From the NCBI RefSeq assembly GCF_006345805.1, contig NC_042998.1, forward strand, positions 119,164,001 to 119,228,000: a stretch of DNA of 64,000 nucleotides. Direction: 5' to 3'. This DNA comes from Octopus sinensis. Taxonomy: Eukaryota. A program made the position numbers and the translations under genes. The notes beneath the pieces were generated by a model. That model saw only the letters and a program-made list of their open reading frames with translations, did no database searches and had not been told where the DNA came from. Shown one piece after another: positions 26,529 through 40,575 of the stretch (position 1 is its first letter; every line of letters begins with the position of its first letter).

Positions 26529-29091
26529 CCAAAAATTTCTTTGAATTTCTAGGTTTTAGTCATCAGCGATGGCGATATTCTGCAAAGAATAAGTTTTTCA
26601 AAATTTCGACTTTTTTCATTCTTCGTCTTCCCTACTGGAAAGAATGCAGCCGACCATAACAAATTCATTTTTGAATTGCTTTCTTAGAAATCATTTTCGG
26701 AATTCAGTTTCAAACAGAGGAGATTAGGATTTTTTAAAAAAAAGTCGGTGATGAAATACTATTTTAGAGCAAATTTAAGACTTAGAGATTAGGTTTAAAA
26801 CAGAAACCAGAGAAAACTTATACAAATATGAGGAGTTATATGGTTTGCTACTCGGCTTGTAGTTTCTCAAGAAACTTTGCTATATTTCAAGCAAATTACG
26901 TTATAGCATTAACGACAATTCCTTGTGTCCGCTGTTCAGGTACGCACATCAAATACTTCAGCTTATAAAATGTGTGTGTGTGTGTGTGTATACACATATA
27001 TACACATATGTGTTTATATATATATACATATATATATATTTATACTTATACGTATATGTAAATATATATGTATACATATATACATGTATATGTGTAAGCG
27101 AGTGTGTGTGCGTATTTGTGTGTGTGTGTTTGTGTGTGTGCGTATGTGTGTGTGTGTGTGCGCGTTTGTGTGTGTTCATACAGGCACATATTTACCTAAG
27201 CACTACAGTCTTAGTTCATCAAAGCGAAGTAGTCAATCATTGAACATTTACAATGACAATATAGAGAGTGCATCCGATAATTTTATGTCAATGTATCAAA
27301 CAAACAGAATGGACCTTAAAAATATCCCATAAAAAATATGGAATATTTACCACAATTTACCTCACGGAAGATCTCGATGTTGCGATGACTCTCATACATA
27401 CATACATACATACATACATATGTATGTGTATAAATATATATATATATAATATATATATATATAATATATATATATATATTATATATATATATATATATAT
27501 ATTCATATACGGACATAGAAGTTTCATTGATTATTCCAAAGACATGCATACGTACACACGCAAACACGCGCGCGTTTGACTTCTTGAATATGTTCATACA
27601 TAAATACATACAGGCGAATCTATGCATATATATGTGTGTGTGTTTGTGTGTGTGTATATATATATATATGTGTGTGTGTAAATGTATATATATGTATGTA
27701 TGTATACTTACATACACTTACGGGTACATGCATATATTCATAAATGCACACGTACCTACATGCGTACATACATACATAAATACATATATACATACATACA
27801 TACATGGGTAAGTACATATGTACATGTACTTTAATTGCAGTTGTTTCTCTGAAGATATTTATTGGCTATCGAACTGTTCTCCTTGTACAGTAAACTGCTC
27901 TTATAAGTATACAATATTAAGACTTAATGTCAGATCAATGAGTAGAGCATTCAATTTGATCCATGCGTTTGTCATGGCCAGATAACTTGGCAAATGAGAC
28001 AGAAAATAATATATAACCACTAGTCGAGCTCTTTCAACATGGTCGTATATGGCAGACACTATCTGACATTAAAAATCAGTGCCAAAAGCAATCTGGCGAA
28101 AGAGACACCCGTCAAAGTGGATAATATTATAGTTTCAAAGTAGACTTTCCTTAATTTCAGATGTCTGTTTGAAATTCAAAGTGATGCCAAATCAATACGC
28201 ATTAGTTTACATACGCAGACACACGTGTATGCGGAAGGAACACATACTACATACGCTGTCTTTCTTTTTCTAGCTTTCTCTCTCTCTTCCTTTCTCTCTA
28301 TTTCTCTTTCTCTCTCTCTATCTCTCACATACACCCACACACAAACACACACACGCAGACACACGCTCACAGACACAGACACACACACACTCACACACAC
28401 ACGCACTCACACACCCGTTTATATATAATAGGTCCTCACATTTGCTATATAGTGAAATGAAAAACTACGGTATCGCTTAGCTTAGATCATGCAAGCAATA
28501 GAGAGAATCTTCTTCTGAGGTTATTAATATATAAAACCAACAAGCAAAGGAGAGAACTCCAGTAATCTTAGCCTACCGAATTTTGGGGGAATATAATGAC
28601 GTGCATATTTCGATCTTCTTAGATCTCATCAGTGGAGACTATTTTAATCAGTTGATAAGACTTTTAAGTAATCAGAATATTTATAGAAATCCAGGAAATT
28701 ATAACGTGCTGGTGATGAATATCGAGTAAAAGTCGCTCAGGAGAGTAGATATCTCTCCTGCTTTATTTTATTTCACTATAGGCAGCCCTTGATGAAGAAA
28801 TTTTTTCATCTACTAGAGATGGTTTTCTCGATAAATCGAAGTTTTTGAACTTAGTGATACAAATAGCAGCTAAATCTCCCTGAAATTACACCATATAGTA
28901 AGAGAGGACACACATGATAATGTATTTCTTGATATACAATAAATAATACGAGAAGATAGGATCGTTACGGTTACAACATCATTAATCAAAGATCTGCCGA
29001 GGCAGAGATAATCTGTGAAATAAAATCAGAAGTGAACCCTCCAGCACACATTTTATACAATCAATACTCGACTATATAACACTATACATAA

Positions 29092-29233
29092 CTGGTACAT
29101 ATTTCATCGGACGACCTGAAAAGATAAAAAGCAAGGTCGACCTCAGCGGAATTTGAACTCGTAACGTAAAAATGGACGAAATACCGCTAAGCATTATATC
29201 GGGCGTCCTAACGAGCAGCCAACTCATCGCATT
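29092..29233 (-). mobile_element. SINE family B, 5' part
   Basis: Reverse complement aaggtcgacctcagcggaatttgaactc...gaaataccgctaagcatt. Confidence 0.75.
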
Positions 29234-29376
29234 AGTAATAGTAATAACAATAATAACAAAATAATAAAAAATGTAATAACAATAATAACAAAATAATTAA
29301 AAATGTAAGAACAATAATAAAATAATTATAATAGTAATGGTAATAATAGTAATAATAATGATACTAATGATGATGA

Positions 29377-29410
<34 letters not shown>

Positions 29411-29530
29411 GGTGGTGGTGGTGGTGGTGGTGGTGGTAGTGATGATGATGATGATGATGATAAATATAAGAAGAAGAAGAAAAAGAAGAAGAAGAAGAAG
29501 AACAACAACAACAACAACAATAATAACAAT
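29233..29530. repeat. Compound trinucleotide microsatellite (AAT, GAT, GGT, GAT, AAG, AAC)
   Basis: Seen directly. Confidence 0.92.
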
Positions 29531-29600
29531 CTTTTACGCTATAGGCATAAGGACTGAAATTTGAGAAAGGGCGTGTCGATTACATCGACCCCAGTGTTAT

Positions 29601-30015
29601 TAGCCTTTAAAATTTGCAAAGTTTGGGTATTTTAGCCAATCAGAAGCGAGTATTTTACATATCACCGTAGTGAAAATTTCTATTTCTATAGTAACCAAAG
29701 CAAAGAAGCACAACGTGTTGCATAGCCGATTGCGAGGAACTGTTTCCATAGTAACCAAAGATGCTGTACATGCGCACAATGAGGAGGCGATACGAGAAAG
29801 ATAATTTATTTTATAAAATGCTAGTTTGTTCTGATGACAGGAGAGGCAGCGAACGTGCTGTTTTCTGATTGGATGAAAATTCTGAAAATTATCAAACTTT
29901 GAATACCTGTAAAATTTTTGCAAATTTTTTCTAGAATAAATGAATAAGAAATTCGGATCCGTGTCAAAAGTTACATCTATATGATACATTAAAAAAACTC
30001 TTTTGAAGATAATTG
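29601..30015. mobile_element. Putative MITE / DNA-transposon derivative with imperfect inverted repeats
   Basis: caaagtttg...ccaatcagaa (about 29618-29645) is mirrored by ttctgattgg...caaactttg (about 29864-29902). Internal direct repeat tttc.atagtaaccaaag occurs twice. Confidence 0.4.
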
Positions 30016-30139
30016 CAAACAGTGACGAAAACCTCAAAGATCACATTACGTTTCCCTGCCCTAGGCGTCAAGAAGACACTCGGCAAGAAATGAAAACAGA
30101 ATTGAAAGAAGATGCTAATGAAAATAATAATAATAATAA

Positions 30140-30245
30140 TATCTGTAATAGAATGGATGAAATAATTGCCCATATCACCAACGAATACTCTAGACTTGCC
30201 CAAAACCACTACAAGTTGTGGCGACACGATCAGGTAGCGAAAGTG
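30140..30245 (+). mobile_element. R4/Dong-type LINE fragment (zinc-knuckle region)
   Basis: ICNRMDEIIAHITNEYSRLAQNHYKLWRHDQVAKV is homologous to 4210-4320 (minus). Preceded by (AAT)n. Confidence 0.75.
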
Positions 30246-31323
30246 CCTGATGTTATTTCTGTTTTTGTAGTTGTTATTTTCATAGGATTCCTCATTGGTC
30301 GTTCTTACGCTTACTTTCGTATATATTGCTGATTTTACTACGCTTACTTTCTTATCTACTGCTGATTTTTGTTGATGACGTTGTTATGTTTGCATCTTGA
30401 TGTTAATGTTGTGCTATGGCCATTGTGCAGTGGTGCTAACAGCGGTTGAGGATCCTTTCTTCTACACCCCCCTTCTTTCCTATGGACAGAAAGTCATTAG
30501 ACAGTATTTGTCATCCTATAAGTGATACCTTCGTTTCTAGCCGTCAACCCCAACGAAGAATTGTGAGCCATCAGGCAGATTGATCGGATCTGGAATGGTT
30601 TCCCTACTTTCTTGATCTGTTTAGATCAATATTTCCATCTTTTGGCCCGTAGAACTAACATTTTCAATAATATCCAACAAACTTTGGGTTTTATTGTCAA
30701 TATTGCGTCTAAAGCTAACATAAACTGTTAGTTATTCAAAAATCGACAAGATATTTATCGATTATTCTGGATTGGATTGGCTGTTTATATGAAGAAAAAA
30801 TACTATTTTCATAGCATTATTACATAAACATCCGACTAACTAACACAAGGTATTTACACGCAGAATGCGTTTTGGAAGAATCTACTTTTGCATGCTGTGT
30901 TCCATTTAGTTGAGGTCTTGTTTGTGACGTTTTTATGGTGTAGATGAGGAAGTGGGGTCTCAATATTCATGAAAGTGAAAGAGAGAGGGGAAAAGAGAGA
31001 GACAGACAGAGCGAAATAGAAAAAGAGAAATGGTGAAGAATAAACACACACCCACACACATACACACACACACACTTTTAGCAGCTTTGTGAAATTTAAA
31101 AAAAAGTAGAAAACTGAGAAAAATAGAAAACTGTAATCACACCTATTAGTTCCTTCATTTACCCAAACAGTTTTTTCACATCTGAGAAACATGTTAATGT
31201 TCATTCCTGAAAATATCTTAAATTGAATCTTTTATATAATTCGCAATCTTGTTGGTATTAATCCTTATTTTGAGTGCGTGTAGGGGGGGTGTATACGTGT
31301 GTGAGTGGATGGGTGATAACGAT

Positions 31324-31372
<49 letters not shown>

Positions 31373-31639
31373 CTTAATGTTTGTTTTTAAGTTCAGTTAT
31401 AATAAAAACAATTTTACATCAATCGGATGGGTTACTTTTGCAGAGTACAAATTTGTTATTCTTATACAAGAATGTTGTTGACAGTGATTTTCAAGTTCCA
31501 GCCAGCTACGCCGTCTTTACACGAACAATGTGTGCGTTTTTGTTTGTGTATGTGTGTGTATGTATGTATATGCACGCATATATATATACATACGAATATA
31601 TATGCATGCATGTATATGTAAGTATATATTTACATATAT

Positions 31640-31944
31640 ATCACGTGATCAAGTGACCGACCAGACCATCAGATGTCGTTACACATCGCTGGTCACAATG
31701 CGTTCGCATTGTTTTAGCCTTCGAATGACGCCACCCAGCTGGCTAAGCGAGCAGGCCAACAGAAGAAAGAGTGGGAGAAAGAGTGGTGAAAGAGTACAGC
31801 AGGGATCACCACCCCCTGCCGAAGCATTGTGGAGCCTTTAGGTGTTTTCGCTCAATAAACACTCACAACGCCCGGTCTGGGAATCGAAACCGCGATCCTG
31901 CGACCGCGAGTCCGCTGCCCTAACCACTGGGCCATTGCGCCTCC
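31640..31944 (-). mobile_element. tRNA-derived SINE family C, full-length
   Basis: Reverse complement GGAGGCGCAATGGCCCAGTGGTTAGGGCAGCGGACTCGCGGTCGCAGGATCGCGGTTTCGATTCCC (box A and box B), ending ATCACGTGAT. Confidence 0.9.
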
Positions 31945-32112
31945 ACATATACATATATATAGTCAATACAATAAGCAAATAATTCAAAAACCGAATGAAA
32001 ACGAAAAGAAGAAAAACGAACGTGAGGACATGCATAAAAATTATATTAGCCTGACATATTATAATTGTCGTATTATATTAGCTTGACATATATATATGTA
32101 TGTATGTTTTCT

Positions 32113-32285
32113 TTTTTTTCCACTCATTAGACTGCAGCCATGACGGGGCACCGCCTTCAGGCCTTTTAGTCGAACAAATCGACCCAAGACCTTTTTTTTT
32201 CACCCTGGTATTTACGCTATCATTCTCTCTTCCCAAACCTTTAAGTTGCGGGTAAGTAGAAACACTAAACACAGATACAAACACA
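32113..32285 (-). mobile_element. SINE family A tail, degenerate
   Basis: gactgcagccatgacggggcaccgcc...tagtcgaacaaatcgaccc. Confidence 0.7.
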
Positions 32286-32299
32286 CACACACGAACGCA

Positions 32300-32355
32300 T
32301 ACACACACACACACATACATACATACATACATACATACATACATACATACATACA

Positions 32356-32388
<33 letters not shown>

Positions 32389-32504
32389 GTACGTACCTAC
32401 ATCTACATGTATATATACATGCATATACATATATATGTAATAAATAAAATACATGCATACATACATACATATATGTACTACCTACATCTACATGTATGTA
32501 TACA

Positions 32505-32538
<34 letters not shown>

Positions 32539-32990
32539 TACAGGACACCACAAATAAACGTAGAACACAACGAGAAACGAAAACATAAAAACATCTAGGA
32601 AACGGACTTTTTTTAACAACGAAAAAACAGAGTACAAGACAAACAATACAAGGAATATTCCCCTTCATCAGCTGGCCCTGGATCGACTCAATGCGTGTTT
32701 CGAAGGTAAGGACAGAACACGACCCGTCGAATCAATCCTTCCTGCAGAGGAATTAAATAAAATTCCTTTGCAGAGGGGTAAAATCAAGGAAAGAAAAAAA
32801 TGTGACACGAACAGTACGTAAAAGCAATACAAATAAAATACAATTACAAATAAAAATACAAATACAAAAAAAATACAGTAAACATAGAGAATAAAAACAG
32901 GACAAAGAAACCAACATTAAGGGCTGTTTTTCAAGCCTAGACGATGGATAAATTCAGAGCGCAAAAAAAGTCATGTTGACTTGTAGAAAG
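32300..32990 (-). mobile_element. PLE pLTR-like element with internal (CATA)n
   Basis: Homologous to 7630-7900. Minus strand has CTGATGA-A-GGGGAATATTCCTT. A 13-bp imperfect hairpin lies at 32742-32773. Confidence 0.55.
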
Positions 32991-33209
32991 CTGCCAGTGA
33001 AAGGAAGTTCGGCAGTGAGAGAGATGAGGAGGAGTGAGAGAGAGAGAGATAGAGCGGAAAGGAAACCAGAAAGGGTGAAAAATAAGAGGGAGAGGGACAG
33101 GCAAGGAGGAAGACAGACAGGAAGGAAGGAAAGGTCAAGTAAAGGATTATAGAGTTCGCGTCTTAATTATATATTCGCGTTGTTTCGTTTCTTTTCTTTT
33201 CTCCGAGTA

Positions 33210-33211
<2 letters not shown>

Positions 33212-33291
<80 letters not shown>

Positions 33292-33298
33292 ATATATT
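33212..33298. repeat. (TA)n microsatellite
   Basis: Seen directly. Confidence 0.95.
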
Positions 33299-34339
33299 AA
33301 GTTTGAAAATGGAGATATTCAATGGATATAATTAATTTATTAATTAATTAACATTGTTTCACTTCAAACCCAATTTAAAATACAAAACATTGTAAGCTTG
33401 CATTTTGAGCGTTGAACATGACCATCGCATTTCGATTCTACACACACGCACACTCACATACACACAAACACACACACACGCAAGCATGCCTCTATTTTAC
33501 GCACACATATACTCACACTTCAAACGCTGTTTATCGGTTTTTTCACTTCTTAGTGGTTATTCATCTATCACCCCTTCCTTGATACAATACTTGATATTTA
33601 AGTATCATATCATATAATATATAGTATATATTATTTTTATTTATATTATTTTTATCTTATGATTGGTTTGTAAATTAAGTTATACTTATTATATTAATGT
33701 TTTGTTTTATTTTTATTTATTAAATTTTATTAAATTTCTAAAATATACTTAGGTTAATTCTAACAAGTTAAAATACTCCCTCTTCCTGAGTTAATTTGTG
33801 TTTCAATATTATATATTATACCTATTATATATTATGCTTATATTTCTAATGTTCAGTTCTGTTATTCATTATTTATTTATTTATTAAATTTTCTAAAAAT
33901 ATTATTCGAGTAGTGGCAACAAGCTAAAATATTCTCTTTCCTAGAGCTAATCAATTTATATTTGGATTTGATTACCCGAAACATTTCTTCTATACATAAT
34001 TAACATCTCTTATCTGATATTGATAAGCTTTGGCATGGCTTACAATCTCCCATATAATCCTATAATTTTTTCCATTATCTTTTAACATCCACATAGATTT
34101 ACTGAGACTTGTATTGTTGATTTTATGCTTATTTGTAAAAGAAATCTCTTGTGGTGCAATTCTGAACTTATGTAATGGTATTCCTTCCCTTCAGATTCCA
34201 CAACACGCCTTTATACCAGGTAATCTTGTTTACAATTATTATTAATATTACAATTTTCTTTAATCCTGTAATCACAAGTCTTTTTAACACCATTATTTAT
34301 ACAATTCTTACGTTTATTATTTCTATTATTTCATTTTGA

Positions 34340-34372
34340 TGATGATTATTATTATCATTATTATTATTACTA

Positions 34373-34432
<60 letters not shown>
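34340..34432. repeat. (ATT)n microsatellite
   Basis: Seen directly. Confidence 0.95.
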
Positions 34433-34434
<2 letters not shown>

Positions 34435-34749
34435 GCATGTCTGTTTAACCGTGAGCCCAACAAAATATTTCGTTTCGCCCGAGGTCTTAGTCAGGTACTG
34501 CATGAAATGGTGTGCTTCAGCTTCAGTTAGTTAAATAAGGAACTAGGTAGAAGGATAGATATGTATGCAGATAATAGATGGCTACAAAAGCAGTGAACAA
34601 ATGGGATTGTATACAATACCAAAGGGGAGAGGTGAGAGAAGAATTTATAGAAGCTAGTGTTGTTGCGTTTCCCAGAATCTTGGCCTCTGGATTTGTGAGC
34701 CTCACAAATGCCGCTGTGGATACTTTCGGCCCCCACCCATTATCATGTC

Positions 34750-35245
34750 ATAATAGTGCTGGCTGTCTTCCATGACATACTGCTCACAATGAGATTATAA
34801 TGCATGGCCTAGACGTTGCAGGTTTTCCTTTCCAACTTGAGCCGGTGAGGCAGGACACAGGAGATGGCAATACACCAGACGACATAACAACTTTCCCGTC
34901 CTGCAGTGGTATGGACCTTGTCTGGGATGCAACATGATGTAACATATCTCCAGAGGAAACCTGATGTGTTCGGCTGCTATCTCAGGGTTCACTGCTAGTC
35001 AAGTCATGAAGGGCAAAATGTCTAAGTATTGTCCGCTCTCTGACAGATTTATTCGTAGAACCTGAAACAGTGGAGACCTCTGGCGTTCTTGGCCCCCTGA
35101 CTACATCCCTGCTCGTTGGTATCAGGAAAGAGATGGTTATTCGCAAGTGCAAACCGTGAATCCGAGTGGTTGTTCCAACGCGACTCCGAAATTATCCTCC
35201 AAGGCAACGCCTTTTCCATTTTGTCCGCCGGGACCACGAGGTGGA
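34750..35245 (+). pseudogene. 3' end of a CRE-like RLE non-LTR retrotransposon
   Basis: Frameshifted NEII.HGL..AGFPFQLEP, PD.ITTFP, LVWDAT, MSKY, ETSGVLGP, WLFQR...ILQGNAFSI match the RLE C-terminus of CRE-clade elements. Confidence 0.7.
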
Positions 35246-35696
35246 CTGACAAGTCATTTTGGATATAACTGTTGTAACTCTTTTAAAAAAAAACTAGAAA
35301 ACGCCACCCCAATGGATAATTACATATATTTCTCCCATTTCTCTATATTGTACAACATTCTAGTCATTCCAGTTTCTTGTAGCATAAATGATTCATTGAA
35401 GAATGCTTAGTAGCAGCGTATTAAGTAGAGTGTTAACATAGTAAGTAGATTAGTTGACGTCAGTGACTGTAGAAAGCGAGGTATGATGAGATATGATGGG
35501 AAATGGTTTAGGACGAAAGGGGACAAATTGAACAATACATTTCAAGCTATCCTTGCTAAAAGACAGGATGAATTCCATTGGACTGCATTTGATCTCGTAT
35601 CTACCTCGAGGTTAAACAATACGAACACTGATATTTGCGACAAAACAAGAACAGCAAACAGACTTACTATAATTGTTGTCATTATAATGATATAGG

Positions 35697-35880
35697 AAAA
35701 GGCAGCGAGCTGACAGAATCGTTTGCACACCAGGTGGTATTTCGTAAGTCGCTTCGTTCTGAGTTCAAATTCTTTTCAGGCTCGATGTATTAAGTACCAG
35801 TCAAGTACCGGGGTCGACGTGATCGATTGTCTCCCTTCTCAAAAAAATTCAGGCTTTTTGCCTATAGTAGAAAGGATTAT
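35697..35880 (+). mobile_element. SINE family B with internal deletions
   Basis: aaggcagcgagctgacagaatcg...ttctgagttcaaattc...ttaagtaccag. Confidence 0.75.
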
Positions 35881-37159
35881 AATGATATAGAAAAATTAAA
35901 GTAACAAAGGAATTTCACTTGTTCTGCAAGAAATAGTAATTTGTTCGTCTCCAAATTATATCCAACCGACTTGGGAACTAGGTATTGCATTGACTAAAAT
36001 TACGTCCAGAGACATGGAAAGACCAGATGGCCGTGTCACATACATATACACTATCACACACACATTACGATTCTGTAGGAACACATCATATAGTCAGCAC
36101 TATGTAGATGTATAAACATATATACATACATTACCAATACTATACAGATACACTACCACATCAATACCACATAACACTCTATCACATTCACATACGTAGT
36201 ACAAGTCCATGTAGACACCCCACTACCATACACGCACACATGCAACAAAATCTTATATAGACACATTACTATATACATACACACTTATAATATGACAAGG
36301 TCATATAGACCCAGTACCATATAGACACAGTAGAATATACCCATACACCCACGTACACAAACATCATGAGCACTTACACACACATACAAACATACACATC
36401 GTGACTCAACGCAGACACACCACAGTCTAAAAAGCAGGCTCATGGCAACAAGTTAGTTTCTATGTGGTCACTCGACCTGTCAAAAATAACAGCGAAAAGC
36501 CTTCAAGTTTCACCCTTAAAGGACGGAAAGTGTGATATTGGTCAATATCGTCCCTTATACTAAAAAGACAAGATGATCACAGTTGGGGCGTCTTTCATCA
36601 TAGGCAAGTTCAATCAGATCTGACCTGAGTATAAACAACAGCAGCATGCCACAATAAACGTACAAACACTCGCACATAAGCACACGCATTTGCATTACAA
36701 TAAACGCAGACACACACACATTCGTATTATTATAAATGTACGCATACACAGGCACATCAGTGTAAACACACACATAAACACACCACATAAACACACACAC
36801 ACTTTACAACTACTCACAGATCTACCAAATATACTACGCAAAGAAACGCTGATATACGCACATAATCACCGTCTCTCATTACACACGTAAATATTAGACG
36901 ATAAACATACAGTACACAGACACCGACAGCCGCAGACACGCACACGTAGTAATATACAAAGTTCAAACTTCATATAAGAACTGACTGATTGATAAATAGA
37001 CAGCTACACAGAGATCAGTGCACACGTCACAGGATTGTGACCAAAACTTTCATACAAAGATTGATTAAATAATATTGAAGGGAATAACAACGACAGCAAC
37101 AATTAGAAGAAGAAGAAAGAAGACGAAGAAGAAGAAGAAAAAGAAGATATCAAGGTGAA

Positions 37160-37234
37160 TATATAAACACATATATACATATATATATATGTTTATATAT
37201 GTTATATACATATATATGTATATGTGTGTATATA

Positions 37235-37305
<71 letters not shown>

Positions 37306-37368
37306 CACATATACATATACATATATATATACATTATATATATATATATACATATATATATATAATAT

Positions 37369-37418
<50 letters not shown>

Positions 37419-37437
37419 ATATTATATATATATATAC
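37160..37437. repeat. (TA)n-rich microsatellite block
   Basis: Seen directly. Confidence 0.95.
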
Positions 37438-38344
37438 TCGCATAAACATAAAGAAAAAGAGGTGGGGGACTATATAGTTATGTAGTATTTTCATGAACAA
37501 AATAAGAGAACTCGATGCATATAGATTGAGTGAACGCCAACCTAAAGTCATTATAACTCCTAGTTTCAGAACTGAGACGCTGTAATCGACCACAGTATTT
37601 ATTAGATGAAAGTCAAATAGTGATATCGTCTTCCAGCTGCACATGGTGTGAAAAGAAGAGGATGTGAGGGGAAGTTTTACCTATTTCTTGATAATTACGT
37701 GAAGTTAGCTAATGGTGTGATTGAAGGGGTTAACTGGTGGAAAATAACACTTTTTTTTATTTTACTTTTAGCTAAAGTAAAACAACTTGCCTGAAATAAG
37801 TAACAAGTTATAAGTAGGCACCATTCTCTAACACTTTTCTCTTAAACGTATGCACAGACAGAAAATGACATTACAATGTTACTAATATATATATATATAT
37901 ATATACATACATACGTGCGCACATATACACATATATATTTATGTACATGTTTGTATGTTCACAGAGAAAGGAAGGCAAGGGTATTGTGTTTTTGCTTGAA
38001 TCATTGCACAGTTAGAAAGTTACAGCAATGCACAGGAAATAGGAGAATAAGAGAAAAAAGGTAGATTGGTAAGAAACTCTCAAGAGAGCTTAACAGCAGA
38101 CGGCCTTCAGAGAAGAAACCCCTTCAAGCAAGTGCTTCGGTCCTTCATTTTTTTTATTTTTTGCTCTCTAAGGGGGCCAGACTGCATCCAGATTATGAAT
38201 CCTAGGTGCCTTTCTGCTGACATTTTTTAACCACTTGGATATCGGAGACTTGTGGATTTAAACCGCCTGGAGATTTCATCTAGTTTTAATTCCACTCCGT
38301 TGACTCAGCTTTCAAACCTATACTTAAAGAAGAAATAACATTGA

Positions 38345-38880
38345 TTACCATAGTAGTGGTGAAACGTCAACGCTATCACGACTCTCTCCGAATTACATCC
38401 CATAGCATTAAACACAAAAATAATGCTCTCAAATTGTATGGAGGTCGTTTTTGTTCCTTCTCGACGAGATCCAGCTGGAACACCAGTCCGCTATCTCTGA
38501 TATTGCCTTTAGGGCTTTGGTCTTTTCTTCCCAGAGACTGGGATTTGTTTTATTACATCGTAAGCAGATTTTCTCACAAAACCTCTGACTTCAACCTCTA
38601 TGGCGAGAATCTTGACTCCGAAGTTTGCTTCCCTCAGGCTGTTGGCGAATTTTTCGGTCTTGAACACGTGTTCTTCTTTTATTCTAGTTTCAGACAGCAT
38701 GCCGAGTTCAATCAAAACCAGAATGGAGCACGATAACCAGCTTCAAATCACTCTTTCTGATTATTTCTGGTTGTTTTGTTGATCCTGGAAGGTCTACTGA
38801 GTATATCCAGTCATCCACACCGTCCAGAAGATTCCATTCCCGTACCCTGTATGGTATAGATGTTTCTGGCTATAATTTAC
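38345..38880 (-). pseudogene. 3' end of a HERO/NeSL-like RLE non-LTR retrotransposon
   Basis: Minus-strand LLDGVDDWIYSVDLP...LIEL...RIKEEH..KTEKFANSL...IEVEVRGFV.KSAY.VIKQ...SSWISSRRN fits the ELTVP..E...K..KY..L...VEVG.RGF RLE pattern. Confidence 0.7.
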
Positions 38881-40180
38881 TGTCTCCTGACGTGTAGAAA
38901 GTAAACTTCGCGAGTAGTGTACATGATAATCGAATAAGTATGTGACATTATGAACTTGTTATTGATTGGAATAAGCTCAAAGTCACTAATGAATTTATTT
39001 GAATCAATTACTGCATGAAAATCTTGAAATGAATAAGAGATAAAAATTATAAAAGTTTCCCTAGAAGATAAAAAAGGTCAATAAGTTACAATTCATGTGA
39101 ACAACTATCGAGATTCTATTTTCTTTTTCCAAGTATTTTAAGTCGGCAAAGCTTGTTTTCTTTGGGGCATGTGTAAAAAAAACCTTCTTATTGGATTCGA
39201 AACCTGGATTATAAACCAAGAGGATCGAAACACTTTAGTAGTACAAACACGAGGTTTCTTCTCGTGAGGACGCAGTAAATTCTGTGGTGTGAGAACAAGG
39301 TCAAAGTGGAGATTTATGGACACATTTTTGTTATGTATACTATTATTACTCAATGTAGAGTAGGCTTTGCTGGCCACTGCTATCAGGCCATATCAGTTAC
39401 ACCTCGTTATATCTCGTTATATCTTGGATATCAGTTATATTTTGGACACTTCTGAACCTTAATAGAGGATGAAGACAACTCAAGTACACATTGATGATAT
39501 TCACGAAGACATACAATATGAAGTTAAATACCTAGCAAAGTTAATAGGAGAGATTCTGAGCGCGAAGATGTGAAACATATTTGAGGAAGCTGCTTGAGAC
39601 TGCTAAAAATTTACCGAATTATCTAAATTAAGGAAGCATAAAAACATGTATGTTATATACCTAAGCAAGGTGAATTGTACAAAGATTAGTCGGCTAAATA
39701 AATTGAAAGCCAAAAGGGTGGAACTTTCAAATGCTATCAATCTCATTGAGTAATATACTTGGTACATTTTGAAAATTACATTAATGGTGAAAAGCTCAAT
39801 CAAAAATTAAAGAATGAAATGAAAAATAAAGGAGTAATCTAAAAATAAGCTTTATGCTAATTATAGAAAATAAAAAGTGAAGAATGTCGAAAATTGTCAT
39901 TAGTTTTAACAGATCAAACATTCTAGGTTGAAAAATTGTTCGACGCTCTCGGTATTGATTTGTTAAATATGTTGTGATTTGAGGATCTAAGTCAACTGAA
40001 AAATATATATTTTGAGATGCTTGGAAGATAAGAGCTCAACTAATTATTTTAATATCATACAAAAGTTTTCGAATATGATGTAGTAGCAAGATACTCTCAT
40101 GCGTTCGATTCGAATATTTAAGAACTCGTGACAAAAGCTTAGAATTTAAGCATAGTGTAGAACGAGAATTTTATTATTTA

Positions 40181-40335
40181 CTGGCTATGTGGTAGGAAGC
40201 TTGCTTCCTATCCACATGGTTCCGGGTTCAGTCCCACTGCGTAGCACCTTGCGCAAGTTTCTTGTACTATAACCTGGCCCGACCAAAGTCTTGTGAGTGG
40301 ATTTAGTAGACAGAAACTGAAAGAAGTCCGTCGTG
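40181..40335 (+). mobile_element. SINE family A, 5' half
   Basis: ggctatgtggtaggaagcttgc...ggttccgggttcagtcccactgcg...gaaactgaaagaagtccgtcg. Confidence 0.88.
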
Positions 40336-40387
40336 TATATATATGCATGTATGCATGTATGTATGTATGTGTATATATTTATATATG

Positions 40388-40446
<59 letters not shown>

Positions 40447-40575
40447 TGAGAGAAGGACGGGATGGACGCTTCATTTTTGTGCTGGAACCGCATTATGTCG
40501 TACGCGACTCAGAGGATTTGCATCCCCAACGTAGAATTTTTGATGTAATACGTGTCCTTGAAACAGTAATTGTGC

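Noticed and set aside
28785-28840. TTGATGA-A-GAAA...TTTTCTC-GATAA half match to a hammerhead
   Set aside because: No GAAA or NUH site, and no 3-8 pair.
31860-31944. tRNA-like sequence with box A and box B (also at about 2060-2135, 8860-8930, 50290-50357, 52797-52870)
   Set aside because: These are SINE heads: they continue into shared SINE bodies and lack a complete cloverleaf acceptor stem, so they are not called as tRNA genes.
36040-37060. CA-rich quasi-periodic sequence (similar region at 61900-62470)
   Set aside because: Degenerate (CA)n/(TG)n low-complexity DNA; no consistent repeat unit or credible reading frame.
39553-39590. CTGAGCGCGAAGATGTGAAAC motif
   Set aside because: No stem II pairing and an incomplete core.
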